A DNA stretch of 64,000 nucleotides from Candidatus Binatia bacterium (GTDB taxonomy: Bacteria; Desulfobacterota; Binatia; HRBIN30). The stretch lies in assembly GCA_038245295.1 (NCBI GenBank), contig JBBRSP010000017.1, positions 50,144 through 114,143 on the forward strand, given 5' to 3'. The notes under the pieces are model-generated. The model saw nothing but the letters and a program-made list of their open reading frames with translations. It searched no databases and had not been told where the DNA came from. Each line of letters opens with the position of its first letter. The first letter of the stretch is position 1. A program made the translations under genes and the position numbers. This document shows positions 36,033 to 46,243 of the stretch, in pieces.

Positions 36033-37000
36033 GGGTTCTTCTCCTGCGGAATGGGCTTGCCGCGCAGCAACCCACCCGGGTTGTGCTCGATGGAATCGGC
36101 AAGAATGCGCACCGCCTGGGCCGCCTCGCTGACGTCACGCAGAGCTGTTTGTATGTCGTGCCACATGGGGGCGTCGGCTCCCAAACTCTGCTGCACATCT
36201 TCCAGGGCGGTGTTGGCCGTACGCAAGGTCACGTCGAGCTGGCTCGCGCTCTCCTGCAAGCTGGTGCGTAGGGGAACGACCTGACCATCGAGGTTGTCGA
36301 TCAGCTTTCCGAGACGATCGGAAGTCGCTTGCAGGCTGTGCATGGTGCCGCCGAGCGACTCGATGGTGTTCTTCAGTTCCATCGAGGTGGTGAGCGTCTC
36401 GATGCCATTCGCGGCGCCGACGATCGCCCGGATCAACCCTTCGAAGTCGACCTTATCGAGGCGGCCAATGAATTCCGAGGCGCGCATCTGCACTTGTTCA
36501 AATTCGGTCGGCACGGTGGGGATCTGTGGGTAGTTGACGCCGGTGTTGAACGTGTAGCGCTCTTGCGTGCCGGGGAAGAGATCGAGGCGGACATACAACA
36601 CGCCGGTCACGATGCTTTCGATCGATAGTTGGCCGCGCAGGCCGGCGCTGATGACCTGCTTGAAGACCTCCGGATCCTGCAAGCGGATCTCGGCGCCATG
36701 CTCCTTCAGCTTGTCGTTGTCGATGCTGATGATCACTGGGATGCGCACGCTTTCGGTGTGCCCCTTGGTCGACACGTTCAGGTTGAGCTGAACGGCCTGC
36801 ACCGAGCCGACCTCGACGCCGCGGAACTTGACCGGTGCGCCGGTTCGCAGGCCGCTGACGTCGCTGTCAAAGAACAGTACGAACATCTGGCGATTGGCGC
36901 GCAGCAGGCCCGAGCCGAACAACGCAAGGCTGACGACGGCGAGAGCCAAGGCGCCGACAACGAAGGCGCCGATGGCGGCTGGACTGGCACGTTTGCTCAT
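36029..37000 (-). CDS. MCE/MlaD-domain protein with a helical C-terminal region
   Basis: N-terminal TM, VSGLRTGAPVKFRGVEVGSV. Confidence 0.92.
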   Translation of the reverse strand: MSKRASPAAIGAFVVGALALAVVSLALFGSGLLRANRQMFVLFFDSDVSGLRTGAPVKFRGVEVGSVQAVQLNLNVSTKGHTESVRIPVIISIDNDKLKEHGAEIRLQDPEVFKQVISAGLRGQLSIESIVTGVLYVRLDLFPGTQERYTFNTGVNYPQIPTVPTEFEQVQMRASEFIGRLDKVDFEGLIRAIVGAANGIETLTTSMELKNTIESLGGTMHSLQATSDRLGKLIDNLDGQVVPLRTSLQESASQLDVTLRTANTALEDVQQSLGADAPMWHDIQTALRDVSEAAQAVRILADSIEHNPGGLLRGKPIPQEKNP

Positions 37001-37007
37001 AGGCTCC

Positions 37008-37784
37008 TCATCGTTTCTTCTCCGCGCCGCGCGTCAGAAACTCCAACACCTTGGGATTGTCGGAGTGCGCCAGAAGCTCCTTCGGATCACCACCGGCGAT
37101 CATCGTGCGAGTTTCGGCATCGAGAAAAACACTGTTGTTGGCGATGTTGAAGATGCTCGCGAGCTCATGCGTCACCACCACGACGGTGGCGCCGAGGCTG
37201 TCGCGTAGCTCGAGGATCAGGCGGTCGAGGAGATACGAGCTGATCGGGTCGAGGCCGGCCGATGGCTCGTCGAAAAACAACACTTCGGGATCGAGCGCCA
37301 TGGCTCGTGCCAGAGCGGCACGCTTCTGCATGCCGCCGCTGATCTCCGATGGGTAGTAGTCCTCGAAGCCCTTGAGACCGACGAGCGCCAGCTTGAGCGA
37401 GGCAACCTGACGGATGTCGTGCGGCTTCAAGTCGGTGAACTCACCGAGCGGCAAGGCGACATTCTCGGCCAGGGTCATCGAGCTCCACAAGGCGCCGCTT
37501 TGGTACATGACGCCGCAGCGCCGCAGGATCTGCTCGCGCAGCTTGGGATCGGCACGTGTGAAGTTGTCGTCGCCGTACCAGATTTCGCCGCGTGCCGGAT
37601 CGTTGAGGCCGACGAGATGGCGCAGCAGAGTACTCTTGCCGCAGCCGCTGCCACCCATGACGACGAACACGTCGGCGCGGCGAATGGTGAAATCGAGGTC
37701 GCGCTGCAACACGAAGTTGCCGTAGGCCATCGTCAGCTGATCGACACGGATGTGAGCATCGGAATCTGTCGTGCTTGTCGCCAT
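37008..37784 (-). CDS. mlaF: MlaF-like ABC ATPase
   Basis: GGSGCGKST, ISGGMQKR, FFDEPSAGLDP. Confidence 0.9.
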   Translation of the reverse strand: MATSTTDSDAHIRVDQLTMAYGNFVLQRDLDFTIRRADVFVVMGGSGCGKSTLLRHLVGLNDPARGEIWYGDDNFTRADPKLREQILRRCGVMYQSGALWSSMTLAENVALPLGEFTDLKPHDIRQVASLKLALVGLKGFEDYYPSEISGGMQKRAALARAMALDPEVLFFDEPSAGLDPISSYLLDRLILELRDSLGATVVVVTHELASIFNIANNSVFLDAETRTMIAGGDPKELLAHSDNPKVLEFLTRGAEKKR

Positions 37785-37786
37785 CG

Positions 37787-38926
37787 TCAGATCCCCAAGA
37801 GGTAGAACAACACGGCGAAGATGCCGCAGGCGGTGATGATCCACACGATGCTGGTGACCACCGCCGATGTTGTCGCCTCACCGACCGCCGCCGAGCTCTT
37901 GCCGGCCTGGATGCCGCGCAGGCAGCCGGCCAGAGCGATCAACACGCCATACACCGACGCCTTGAAAACGCCGCCGACGAGATCACCCAGACTGATCGCA
38001 CTGACGGTCTGCTGGTAGTAACGGATCGGCGACAGGCCGAGCAGCCCGACCGACACCGTTGCGCCACCGAGGATGCCGAGCAGGTCGGAGTAGAGGCAGA
38101 GCAGCGGCATCATCAGGAACAGGGCGATCATCCGAGGCAATACGAGGAACTCGAGCGGTGAGATGCCCATCGTCGTCAGCGCGTCGAGCTCTTGTGTGGC
38201 TTTCATACTGCCGAGTTGCGCCGCGTAGGCCGCGCCTGTGCGACCGGCCATGACAATCGCCGTCATCATGGCGCCCATCTCGCGCACGGTGGCGATACCG
38301 ACGAGGTTGGCGACGTAGATGGTTGCGCCGAATTGCTGCAGCTGCACGGCGCCAACGAAGGCGAGGATGAGGCCCACCAGGAAACTGATCAACGTGACGA
38401 TGGGTAGGGCCTCGGCGCCCGCTTGTTGCACCAGCAGCAGCAGGTCGGACGTGCGGTAGCGGGCCCGGAACGCCAGGAGTTTCCCAAACGCCAGCGTCGC
38501 CTCGCCGATGAAGCCGAGTACGGCGCGCGCCGAATCGGCGCTGTCGATGACGCGGCGGCCAATCGCGGTGAACATGCCGACGCGGCCCGCGTCGTGTCGC
38601 GCATCGGCCTTTTCCGGGACGGCCTCGACCAGGGCCAGCAGCCGCTGCACGCCTTGCGGCAAACCGCCGCGATCGACGTCGAGGTGGTGTCGCCCCGCCG
38701 CGGCGAGGAGCTCCACGAGATAAGTGATGAAGCCGGTATCCCATTCGGTCAGTTTACTCGTGTCGAAGCTCACGTGCGCGATACCGTCCGTCGTAAAGGG
38801 CAACTCGTAGGTGTGAGCCGCCGGCATCGACGCACCGAGCGTCCAGGGGCCGACGAAGCGCAAGCGGACCTGGCTGTCGTGGCGCGCGGCGGAGAGCTCA
38901 GGATGCGGACGGCGAGAGACAGTCAC
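37787..38926 (-). CDS. mlaE: MlaE-family permease with an N-terminal STAS-like domain
   Basis: REMGAMMTAIVMAGRTG, ELDAL, VGEATTSAVV. Confidence 0.9.
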   Translation of the reverse strand: MTVSRRPHPELSAARHDSQVRLRFVGPWTLGASMPAAHTYELPFTTDGIAHVSFDTSKLTEWDTGFITYLVELLAAAGRHHLDVDRGGLPQGVQRLLALVEAVPEKADARHDAGRVGMFTAIGRRVIDSADSARAVLGFIGEATLAFGKLLAFRARYRTSDLLLLVQQAGAEALPIVTLISFLVGLILAFVGAVQLQQFGATIYVANLVGIATVREMGAMMTAIVMAGRTGAAYAAQLGSMKATQELDALTTMGISPLEFLVLPRMIALFLMMPLLCLYSDLLGILGGATVSVGLLGLSPIRYYQQTVSAISLGDLVGGVFKASVYGVLIALAGCLRGIQAGKSSAAVGEATTSAVVTSIVWIITACGIFAVLFYLLGI

Positions 38927-39008
38927 GGCGCGCCAAGATAGGCGGTCTTGCGGACGAAGGAAAGCAAGGAGGCAGGGTGTTACGGAGTAACATCCAAACG
39001 GCCTGCCT

Positions 39009-41024
39009 TTACGGCGTGCGGTCGCGAAACCGTTGATCGGTGGAGTTTACCGCCGGACTGGGAAACACGGACTCCCAGCATTCGGCGCTGGCGCTGCGCC
39101 GCAATTGGGCGCGCACTTCCGTGGTGGCCGTCAGCGGCAACGGGAGTTGCAGGTAGGCGCCGCCGCCACTTACCTGGATGAACGCCATTTCGCTTCCGGA
39201 GCGCAGGCGCACGCGTGACACGCCGATGCCGTTACCGCCGCGTTGGCGGTAGTCGTAGCCAACGATGCCGAGCTTCTTCCAACAGGTGCCTCCATCGCAT
39301 AGGCCACCGGCGAGGACCGGGTAGGAGCTAACCAGCGCGTCGTCACGATAGAGGCACATGGAGTAGCTCGTATCGACCATGGGATTGCCAAAGTCACCCA
39401 GCGTCGCGAGGCCACGGCTCCATGTCCACTCCAGCCGCCGCCGTCCAACCACCGGTGAAGATCGCAGGAACAGTGTTGATTGAGCCGCACCGTGACAGTC
39501 CGGACTGGGTGTCGGCGGACAGGGCGGTGCGGCAGCCAGCGGGCACAGGCGAAGACCCCAGGCATCGAGAACACCGGTGTCTTGGGGCGCCCGGTCGAAG
39601 ACCGTCAATCGCCACGGCCCGTCGGCGGATTCGCCGATGAACGCCGTCAGCCCGCTGCTCGGCAGATGCGGGAAACCATCGGTGGGCGGGCACGGGAGTT
39701 GTGTCGAGCCGAAGTCGGAGAGGGAGAAGTCGAACGCGTCCTCGGCGCCGCACGATTGTCCGAGCACCTTGACCTCGTGTCCGGACGGCGAAGTCAGATG
39801 AAACTCCAGATCGTGCACGTAGGTGTGATGCCCTTGCACCCCAATCAGTTCGACCCGTCCCACGGCACCCGTCCCGACGGGGACGCGGAGAAACGACGTC
39901 GTACTGCTGCCGTCCGGGATGCTCTTGGGCAAATCAGTGGAGGCCAACGAGGCGGCGACAACACACGCGGGCTTGGTGCAAATATCGAGTTGCCAACTCT
40001 GCAAGGTACCACTGTTGCCGCTGGCGCGGTCGACGATCTGCAACGTCCACAATCCAGCCGCCGGCTGCCCGGCGAGCGGCGCCAGGCTGCCGCTCGGATG
40101 AACCACCGTTGCTCCGGTGGTCGGGCAGGGCAGCGGCACCTTGCTAGCGTTGTCAAAGCTGAGATCGATGTCGGCGCTCCTGCAGCCGGCGCCGTCAAAG
40201 ATCAGTAAATCGATGCCAGCCGGGCTGAAGAGGTGGATGGTGAGTTCGCTCACGTCGGCATGTTGGAGGCGCAGGTTGCTGAGGCTGATGCGGGTGATGT
40301 CGCCCGGATCACTTACGAGCAGGCTCGAGTACGTCGCGCCGTTATCGCCGACGGCAACCGGGACGCTGGCCGAAATCGTCGGCGGGCAGTTGCTGGTCGC
40401 CGCGGTAATGATCACCGGGGCGGTTGCGACGTTGTTACTCTCGTTCGCTTCGGGAAGTACATTTTGTGGGTCGAGCGTGACGCGCAGCGTGTACGTGTCG
40501 GGAGCGAGATCGAGGCCCGTCAGGTCGATGTATTGGCACGGTAGGCCGGTGTCGTAGATATCGGCGCAGCCGGCGCTGATGCCCTGATTGTTGCAGTCGA
40601 ACTTGGTCTGGCCGCACTCGTAGTCGAGCAAACAAAATCCATACTTGCGGCTCTGCGCCACGACGGTGCCGTGGCCATCGACCAACTCACCGACGGCGAA
40701 GCCTTCGAAATGCGCGTGCCCGTGGGCCGGGCTGCAAACGTAGAGCGGGTTCGTACACGCGGCGCCCGGGTTGCCTTGGCAGTCGGGGCAACCGGGGTCG
40801 CCCAATACCAGGTCGTCCGGCCCCAGGTTACGCGCCCGCAGAGAATAACGCAGCAGCCGTTGGCCGGTGAGTCCCGCGGCGCAACCCTCGGCTACATCGC
40901 CCGCGTCGACGTCACCGGTCGATACCGAGACGTCGGTGATCTCCGGGACCAGGTCCGGCAACGCTGCCGCGCCACGGGCGATCAGCAGGGCCGCCACCGC
41001 GGCGGCGAGAATCAATCGGCGCAT
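39009..41024 (-). CDS. Secreted lysyl-oxidase-like protein with two proprotein-convertase P-domains and a C-terminal Cys-containing domain
   Basis: HGHAH, KYGFCLLD, QGISAGCADIY...CQYID, PEANESNN; two repeats of H...L...L.SP.G...G.W.L...D....G.L..W.L. Confidence 0.82.
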   Translation of the reverse strand: MRRLILAAAVAALLIARGAAALPDLVPEITDVSVSTGDVDAGDVAEGCAAGLTGQRLLRYSLRARNLGPDDLVLGDPGCPDCQGNPGAACTNPLYVCSPAHGHAHFEGFAVGELVDGHGTVVAQSRKYGFCLLDYECGQTKFDCNNQGISAGCADIYDTGLPCQYIDLTGLDLAPDTYTLRVTLDPQNVLPEANESNNVATAPVIITAATSNCPPTISASVPVAVGDNGATYSSLLVSDPGDITRISLSNLRLQHADVSELTIHLFSPAGIDLLIFDGAGCRSADIDLSFDNASKVPLPCPTTGATVVHPSGSLAPLAGQPAAGLWTLQIVDRASGNSGTLQSWQLDICTKPACVVAASLASTDLPKSIPDGSSTTSFLRVPVGTGAVGRVELIGVQGHHTYVHDLEFHLTSPSGHEVKVLGQSCGAEDAFDFSLSDFGSTQLPCPPTDGFPHLPSSGLTAFIGESADGPWRLTVFDRAPQDTGVLDAWGLRLCPLAAAPPCPPTPSPDCHGAAQSTLFLRSSPVVGRRRLEWTWSRGLATLGDFGNPMVDTSYSMCLYRDDALVSSYPVLAGGLCDGGTCWKKLGIVGYDYRQRGGNGIGVSRVRLRSGSEMAFIQVSGGGAYLQLPLPLTATTEVRAQLRRSASAECWESVFPSPAVNSTDQRFRDRTP

Positions 41025-41149
41025 CACGTGCCGCAAGTTATCCAAGCGTGTGGGGGGTACCAAGGGGAAAAGTTGCTCTCGTCGTCGCGACGAAAGTCGG
41101 GACCGCGAGAGCTTCCCGTGCCACGCCGGCTGTGTCAGAAACCAGGGCG

Positions 41150-41707
41150 ATGAACGGCCACGGTATCGACACCACACGCCTGTGCCTCGATCCGCTCGAG
41201 GCGGCGGATGCCGAGGCGTTGCATGAGTTGTTCACCGCGCCAGGCGTGCGTCGCTTTCTGTGGGGCGATCAGACCATTCCCTTCGAGCAGGCGATCGAAG
41301 TGATCGAGATCAGCCGCGGCCTGCTTGGCAAGGAAGGTAGCGGGTTGTGGGGTGTGCGGCTCAAGCGCAGTACCAATCTCGTCGGGGCATGTGGCTATTG
41401 GTACTTTCGCAACCCGCCGGAACGCGAAATCCTCTATGCCATGGCGCCGCAGTATTGGGGCCGCGGGTATGCCTCGGAGGCTGCGGCGGCCGCGCTGCGT
41501 TATGGGTTCGAAGAGTTACGCTTTACGGAAGTGCGCGGCAGCACCGATGCTCCCAATGTGGCGTCGGTGCGCGTGATGGAGAAGATCGGCATGCGCTGCG
41601 AGCGCCGGCAGACGGCCGCCGGGCTAGATACGCTCTTCTTCAGCATCAGTCGCGGCGTCTTCGAGGCACGCGCCGCTAACTATACCCTGCGTCCGCCGCT
41701 CTCCTAG
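41150..41707 (+). CDS. GNAT N-acetyltransferase, RimJ/RimL family
   Basis: DTTRLCL, YWGRGYASEA, NVASVRVMEKIGM. Confidence 0.9.
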   Translation: MNGHGIDTTRLCLDPLEAADAEALHELFTAPGVRRFLWGDQTIPFEQAIEVIEISRGLLGKEGSGLWGVRLKRSTNLVGACGYWYFRNPPEREILYAMAPQYWGRGYASEAAAAALRYGFEELRFTEVRGSTDAPNVASVRVMEKIGMRCERRQTAAGLDTLFFSISRGVFEARAANYTLRPPLS

Positions 41708-41776
41708 CCCGCCGCGTTTGTCGGTATAGGGTCCATTTGAAAACCGCGGCGGCGAGGATTCGTGATTCCGGCGAAA

Positions 41777-41936
41777 GAGACTGGCGATAAACTAAAAGGA
41801 AGCAACGTCATCCCGGCGAAAGCCGGGATCTCCTCGAGTGGAAGGCCAAAAATGCTTGGGAGATACCGGCTTTCGCCGGTATGACGGAGGTGTTTGCGGA
41901 GTTTCAAACGATGACTCAAAGAAAACCGACAGCCTC
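41777..41936. mobile_element. MITE family A, copy 3
   Basis: Ends gagactggcgat/accgacagcctc; flanked by the inverted half-palindromes cgtgattccggcgaaa and tttcgccgggatgacg. Confidence 0.78.
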
Positions 41937-42043
41937 TTTCGCCGGGATGACGTTGCCTACCCCTTGGGAATCAAACGGGCCCACTACCCGTTTGTCAAAG
42001 ACGCTTGCGACAGAGCGGCGCTCCTAGTAGCCAGTTTAGACGG

Positions 42044-44242
42044 ATGACGACGAGCGCCGACAGTCAGGATCTGCGGCGTGCTACCGAGCGCGCCCTGATC
42101 GCGTCGATCCTGGGGACCGTGGTCATGGCCACCGGCGATCCGATCGTCCGGATCTTCCTGGACTGGCGCATTCCGCTCATCCGCGGCGTCACGCTGGGGT
42201 TGCTGTTCGGACTGCTCTACGTGGTCCGCAAACGCACGCTGCCCGTCAACTACTTGGTCATCGCGCTCGGCGGCTTGACCGTTCTCGCCGTCGCTGGCGC
42301 CTCGATTGTCGCCGTAACGCATAGTACCGCCGTCCTGGCCCTGCTCTATGTCGCCGTGGCGATGACGGCCGCGGCCTTCATTCCATGGGGCATGGGCGGA
42401 CAGTTCTACGCCGTTGGCCTGATGCTCGCTCTCTACCTTGGTGCGGCCTATGCCACCTCCGGCATCGAAACGCGCGAAGTGCTCGGTGTCGTCGTCAGCC
42501 TGTGCGCCTCGTTGTTCGTCATGTCGCAGCTCGATCGCGTCCGCGCCGCCAGCGCCAAAGAGGAGCAGGAACGCCGCCTGCGTGAGGAACAACTGCGCCG
42601 CGAACGCTCCTTTTTCAAACAGGTGATCGATACGAATCCGCATCCGGTCTTCGCCAAGGATAAGGACGGGCGCTTCCGCCTGGTCAACGAAGCCGTCGCC
42701 GAGCTCTACGGCACCACGGTCGAAGCCCTGGTCGGGCGCACCGATGAGGATTTCAATCCGAAGACCGCCGAGGTCGCGCACTTCCGCCGCGCCGATCTCG
42801 ACGTCCTCGAGTCGCGGCGCGAGACCATCACCCCGGAAGAGGTCATCACCGATGCTCGCGGTCGCATGCACTGGTTGCGCACCATCAAGCGGCCCATTGT
42901 CGACGTCGATGGCGAAACCACTCTGGTGCTTGGCGTCTCGACCGACATCACCGAACAGAAGGCGGTGCGCGAGTTCATTCAGGAGGAGGCACGCATCGCC
43001 TCGATCCTGGCGCGCGTTGGAGAGCAAATCATCGGTGGTCTCGGGCAAACGAATCTGCGCCGCCGTCTGTGTGAGGTGACGCGCGAAGCCACCGGCTGCC
43101 GCGAATCCGAGATGTGGGCTCTTGATCCGGGCGATCAATGCCTGAAGGCCATCGAGCATAGCGGGACTGCCCCGGAAATCTGGGAAGCGATCCGCGTCCT
43201 CGCTGTTCCTCTGTCGATGGCCGACGCCGTCAAGACACCGACAGTCTACGACGACGTGCAACTCGTTCTGCCCGATGAGATTGCCCAGATGGTCCAGGCC
43301 GCGCACCTCGGTGCGGCGCCGCCGCTTGGCTGCACTGTGCTGATGTGGTTGCGCCGCGGCGATCAGATTACCGGCTTGCTGAGCGCCGTGTTCGATGCCG
43401 GCGCCGGCGGCTCCGAGGCCTGGCGACTACGCGTCGCCCATGGCTTGGCGCAGCTGGCGTCCCTGGCAATCGAAAACGCCGTCTTGTTGGACCAACTGGA
43501 TCGCGCCAATCGTTTGAAGTCGGAGTTCGTCGCCACGATGTCGCACGAGCTGCGCACCCCGCTCAATGTGATCCTTGGTTACGGCGAGTTGCTCATGAAC
43601 GGCGGCATCGGCACGCCGTGCCCCGAGCAGAGCGAGGCATTGGGCCGCATGCGCGAGAACGCATTGCACCTCCTCGACCTGGTCAATACGACCCTCGATG
43701 TGAGCCGGCTCGAAGCCGGACACGTGGCGCTCGACGTCGAGACGGTCACGCCGGCCGACCTTTTGGCCACCATCGAGCACGAGACACGCGATCTGCCCCG
43801 TGCCCCGGGTGTGTCTGTCGAATGGGAGACGGTCGGCGAGCTGCCGGAGCTGCGCACCGACCCGGTCAAGGTCAAGGTTGTGCTCAAGAACCTGGTCGGC
43901 AACGCGCTCAAGTTTACCAAGCAGGGCGGTGTCTACGTCCTTGCCGAACCCAGCCACGGCGGCGTCGTCGTGAGTGTGCGCGACACCGGCATCGGCATTT
44001 CACCAACCCAACAGGAGTCGATCTTCGAGGCCTTTCGCCAGGGTGACGGATCGATTGCCGTCGAGTACGGCGGTGTTGGGCTCGGGTTGTTCATCGTTCG
44101 CCGCCTGGTCGACGCGATCGGCGCCACGATCAGCCTGGAAAGCGCCTTGGGAGCGGGCTCGACGTTTCGCGTCTGGCTGCCGCCCGAACCGCCGCTCACG
44201 ACGGCGAGTGCAACAGAGCCACTACCCATGGCGCGTAGATGA
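42044..44242 (+). CDS. Membrane sensor histidine kinase (TM-PAS-GAF-HisKA-HATPase)
   Basis: N-terminal TM helices, PAS (VFAKDKDGRF), GAF-like region, MSHELRTPL, NALKFT, GVGLGL. Confidence 0.92.
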   Translation: MTTSADSQDLRRATERALIASILGTVVMATGDPIVRIFLDWRIPLIRGVTLGLLFGLLYVVRKRTLPVNYLVIALGGLTVLAVAGASIVAVTHSTAVLALLYVAVAMTAAAFIPWGMGGQFYAVGLMLALYLGAAYATSGIETREVLGVVVSLCASLFVMSQLDRVRAASAKEEQERRLREEQLRRERSFFKQVIDTNPHPVFAKDKDGRFRLVNEAVAELYGTTVEALVGRTDEDFNPKTAEVAHFRRADLDVLESRRETITPEEVITDARGRMHWLRTIKRPIVDVDGETTLVLGVSTDITEQKAVREFIQEEARIASILARVGEQIIGGLGQTNLRRRLCEVTREATGCRESEMWALDPGDQCLKAIEHSGTAPEIWEAIRVLAVPLSMADAVKTPTVYDDVQLVLPDEIAQMVQAAHLGAAPPLGCTVLMWLRRGDQITGLLSAVFDAGAGGSEAWRLRVAHGLAQLASLAIENAVLLDQLDRANRLKSEFVATMSHELRTPLNVILGYGELLMNGGIGTPCPEQSEALGRMRENALHLLDLVNTTLDVSRLEAGHVALDVETVTPADLLATIEHETRDLPRAPGVSVEWETVGELPELRTDPVKVKVVLKNLVGNALKFTKQGGVYVLAEPSHGGVVVSVRDTGIGISPTQQESIFEAFRQGDGSIAVEYGGVGLGLFIVRRLVDAIGATISLESALGAGSTFRVWLPPEPPLTTASATEPLPMARR

Positions 44243-44927
44243 TGCCCATCTGTCCGGCCAGGTAGGTAATCCAGATCGCGTCGCGCGAGCCGCGGATCTC
44301 TTCGTGGGCAATTTCAGTCAGCGCGATCAGCCCGTCGGACACCACAAAGAGGATGCTACCCGCTGCCGCCAACCACCAGCCGCCGCCGGCGCCAAGCGCC
44401 AGTAGGATGGCCGTCGTCGACATCGCGGCGATGAGCGCACCATAAGCAGCCGCTCCAAGGCGCAGCGCTACTTTCGCGTGTGGGCTGCGCGCCATGCGCC
44501 ACCAGGCCCAGGCGATTGCTAGGGCGTAGACCGAGGCGATGGCGTACAAGGCCGGCTGCAGTAAGGCCACGTCGTTGGGGATCGCTGCGGCATGGTACGC
44601 TTCGATGTAGAAAACGTGGCCGATACCAAAGGCGATCATCCCGGCGATGAACCGGCTGGGAACCGGGATGAGGTTGGCCATGAACAGATCGCCGATAAAC
44701 GAGAATGCCATGCCCCACAGCGCCGTGCGCGCGTAGGCGGCGATCTCGCGCTGTTGCAGATTCCAGATGAGCCAGGCGGAGAGGATCAGCGAAGCGCTCA
44801 CGCCGATGCGAATCGGCCACCAGACGCGCCCTGGACCATGCGCATCCGGCGCGTCGCGCCAGCCAAACACCATGGCGCCGGCAAAGAGGCCAACCTGCAT
44901 CACCCAAAGAATCCCGATCAACGGCAT
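44196..44927 (-). CDS. YhhN/TMEM86 lysoplasmalogenase-family membrane protein
   Basis: FSFIGDLFM, GMIAFGIGHVFY, GSILFVVSD, TYLAGQ. Confidence 0.85.
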   Translation of the reverse strand: MPLIGILWVMQVGLFAGAMVFGWRDAPDAHGPGRVWWPIRIGVSASLILSAWLIWNLQQREIAAYARTALWGMAFSFIGDLFMANLIPVPSRFIAGMIAFGIGHVFYIEAYHAAAIPNDVALLQPALYAIASVYALAIAWAWWRMARSPHAKVALRLGAAAYGALIAAMSTTAILLALGAGGGWWLAAAGSILFVVSDGLIALTEIAHEEIRGSRDAIWITYLAGQMGIIYAPWVVALLHSPS

Positions 44928-45016
44928 ACTGTTCCTTAGTAGGGGCGGTTCGAGAACCGCCCAGTTGCTTCGGTACGCCTCCGACGGCTGCATCCACCGC
45001 GACGCAGGACGACGCC

Positions 45017-46078
45017 TCAGAGTTTGCGCAGCTCCGGCATCACATCCGACGCAAACAGCCGCATGCTCGCCTCGGCCTCCGCCGCCGGCATGCCGGCGTA
45101 GCTGAAGACGCCGATGAACGTCTCGCTGCCGACACGTGACCGGATATCGACGATCTTTTCGTAACACTGCTCGGGCGTGCCCCAGACCTGCAGGTCGACG
45201 AAGAAGTCGGTGACGCCCTGCGCCCCGTGCTCGTGGACCACCTGTTGCACGCGGCCGTAGTATTCGTAGCCCGGCATCTGGCTCAGATGATCGGCCGAGA
45301 ATTCATAATGGTCGATCACACTCTGCCAGTACCCGCCGATGTAACGCCGTGCCATGTCGCGGGCGCGTTCTGGATCGCGATCGCAGAAGGTCCACCCGGC
45401 GGCAATCGGCGCTAGCGGATCCGTGCCGTTGATCTCGCGAAAGATGCTGCGGTACTCAACCAACTCGGCCGCCACCGTGTCCCACGGCTTCTGCGGGATG
45501 ATGAGAATTCCGACCCCAAGCTCGGCCATGATGCGGATCGATTCCGGCGATACAGCGGCGGCGTAGGTGCGACCGCGGAAGGGTTTGAACGGCGCCGGCC
45601 GCAGGTCGCGCCGCGGTTGTTGGATGAACTTGCCGTCGTACTCGCAGTAGCCCTGGTCGAGGCCACGCAGGATCATCTCCGCCGATTCGACAAAGCGGCC
45701 GCGCGACTCCGGCATCGGCACGCGGAAGCCGTCGAATTCGACGCGCCCCAGGCCGCGTCCGATGCCGAAGGTCATGCGGCCGTTCGACATCGCGTCGAGC
45801 ATCGAAACCTGCTCCGCGACTCGCATCGGGTCGTGCCACGGCAACACCACGACCATCGATCCGAGCCCGATGCGTTCGGTACGTCCGGCCATGTAGCTGA
45901 GGAACTGCAGGACATCGGGGCACATGGTGTAGTCGGTAAAATGATGCTCAACACCCCAGATCGACTCGTACCCCAGCGGCTCGGCGAGCTGCGCCAGCGC
46001 GAGATCGTCGCGATAGACATCGATGTCGGGGCGCGCCCGTCCCGGGTTCTGAAAGATCACGGCGGTGCCAACGTGCAT
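45017..46078 (-). CDS. Luciferase-like (LLM) flavin-dependent oxidoreductase
   Basis: AEPLGYESIWGVEHHF, PMRVAEQVSMLD, FGIGRG. Confidence 0.92.
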   Translation of the reverse strand: MHVGTAVIFQNPGRARPDIDVYRDDLALAQLAEPLGYESIWGVEHHFTDYTMCPDVLQFLSYMAGRTERIGLGSMVVVLPWHDPMRVAEQVSMLDAMSNGRMTFGIGRGLGRVEFDGFRVPMPESRGRFVESAEMILRGLDQGYCEYDGKFIQQPRRDLRPAPFKPFRGRTYAAAVSPESIRIMAELGVGILIIPQKPWDTVAAELVEYRSIFREINGTDPLAPIAAGWTFCDRDPERARDMARRYIGGYWQSVIDHYEFSADHLSQMPGYEYYGRVQQVVHEHGAQGVTDFFVDLQVWGTPEQCYEKIVDIRSRVGSETFIGVFSYAGMPAAEAEASMRLFASDVMPELRKL

Positions 46079-46243
46079 GGCGCGTAGTTGCCTCAAAACC
46101 TCGCCTCGGCGCAAGCCGATCCCCACCGCGGCAACCCGTTTGGGCAATTTATGCGCCGTTGAGGCAGTTTTTTCTTGTTTGCTTGAACTGGGTTGTAGTA
46201 ACGGTCACCAAAAGTCTGTTCCTTTCTGGGAGGGGTGTTGAGA

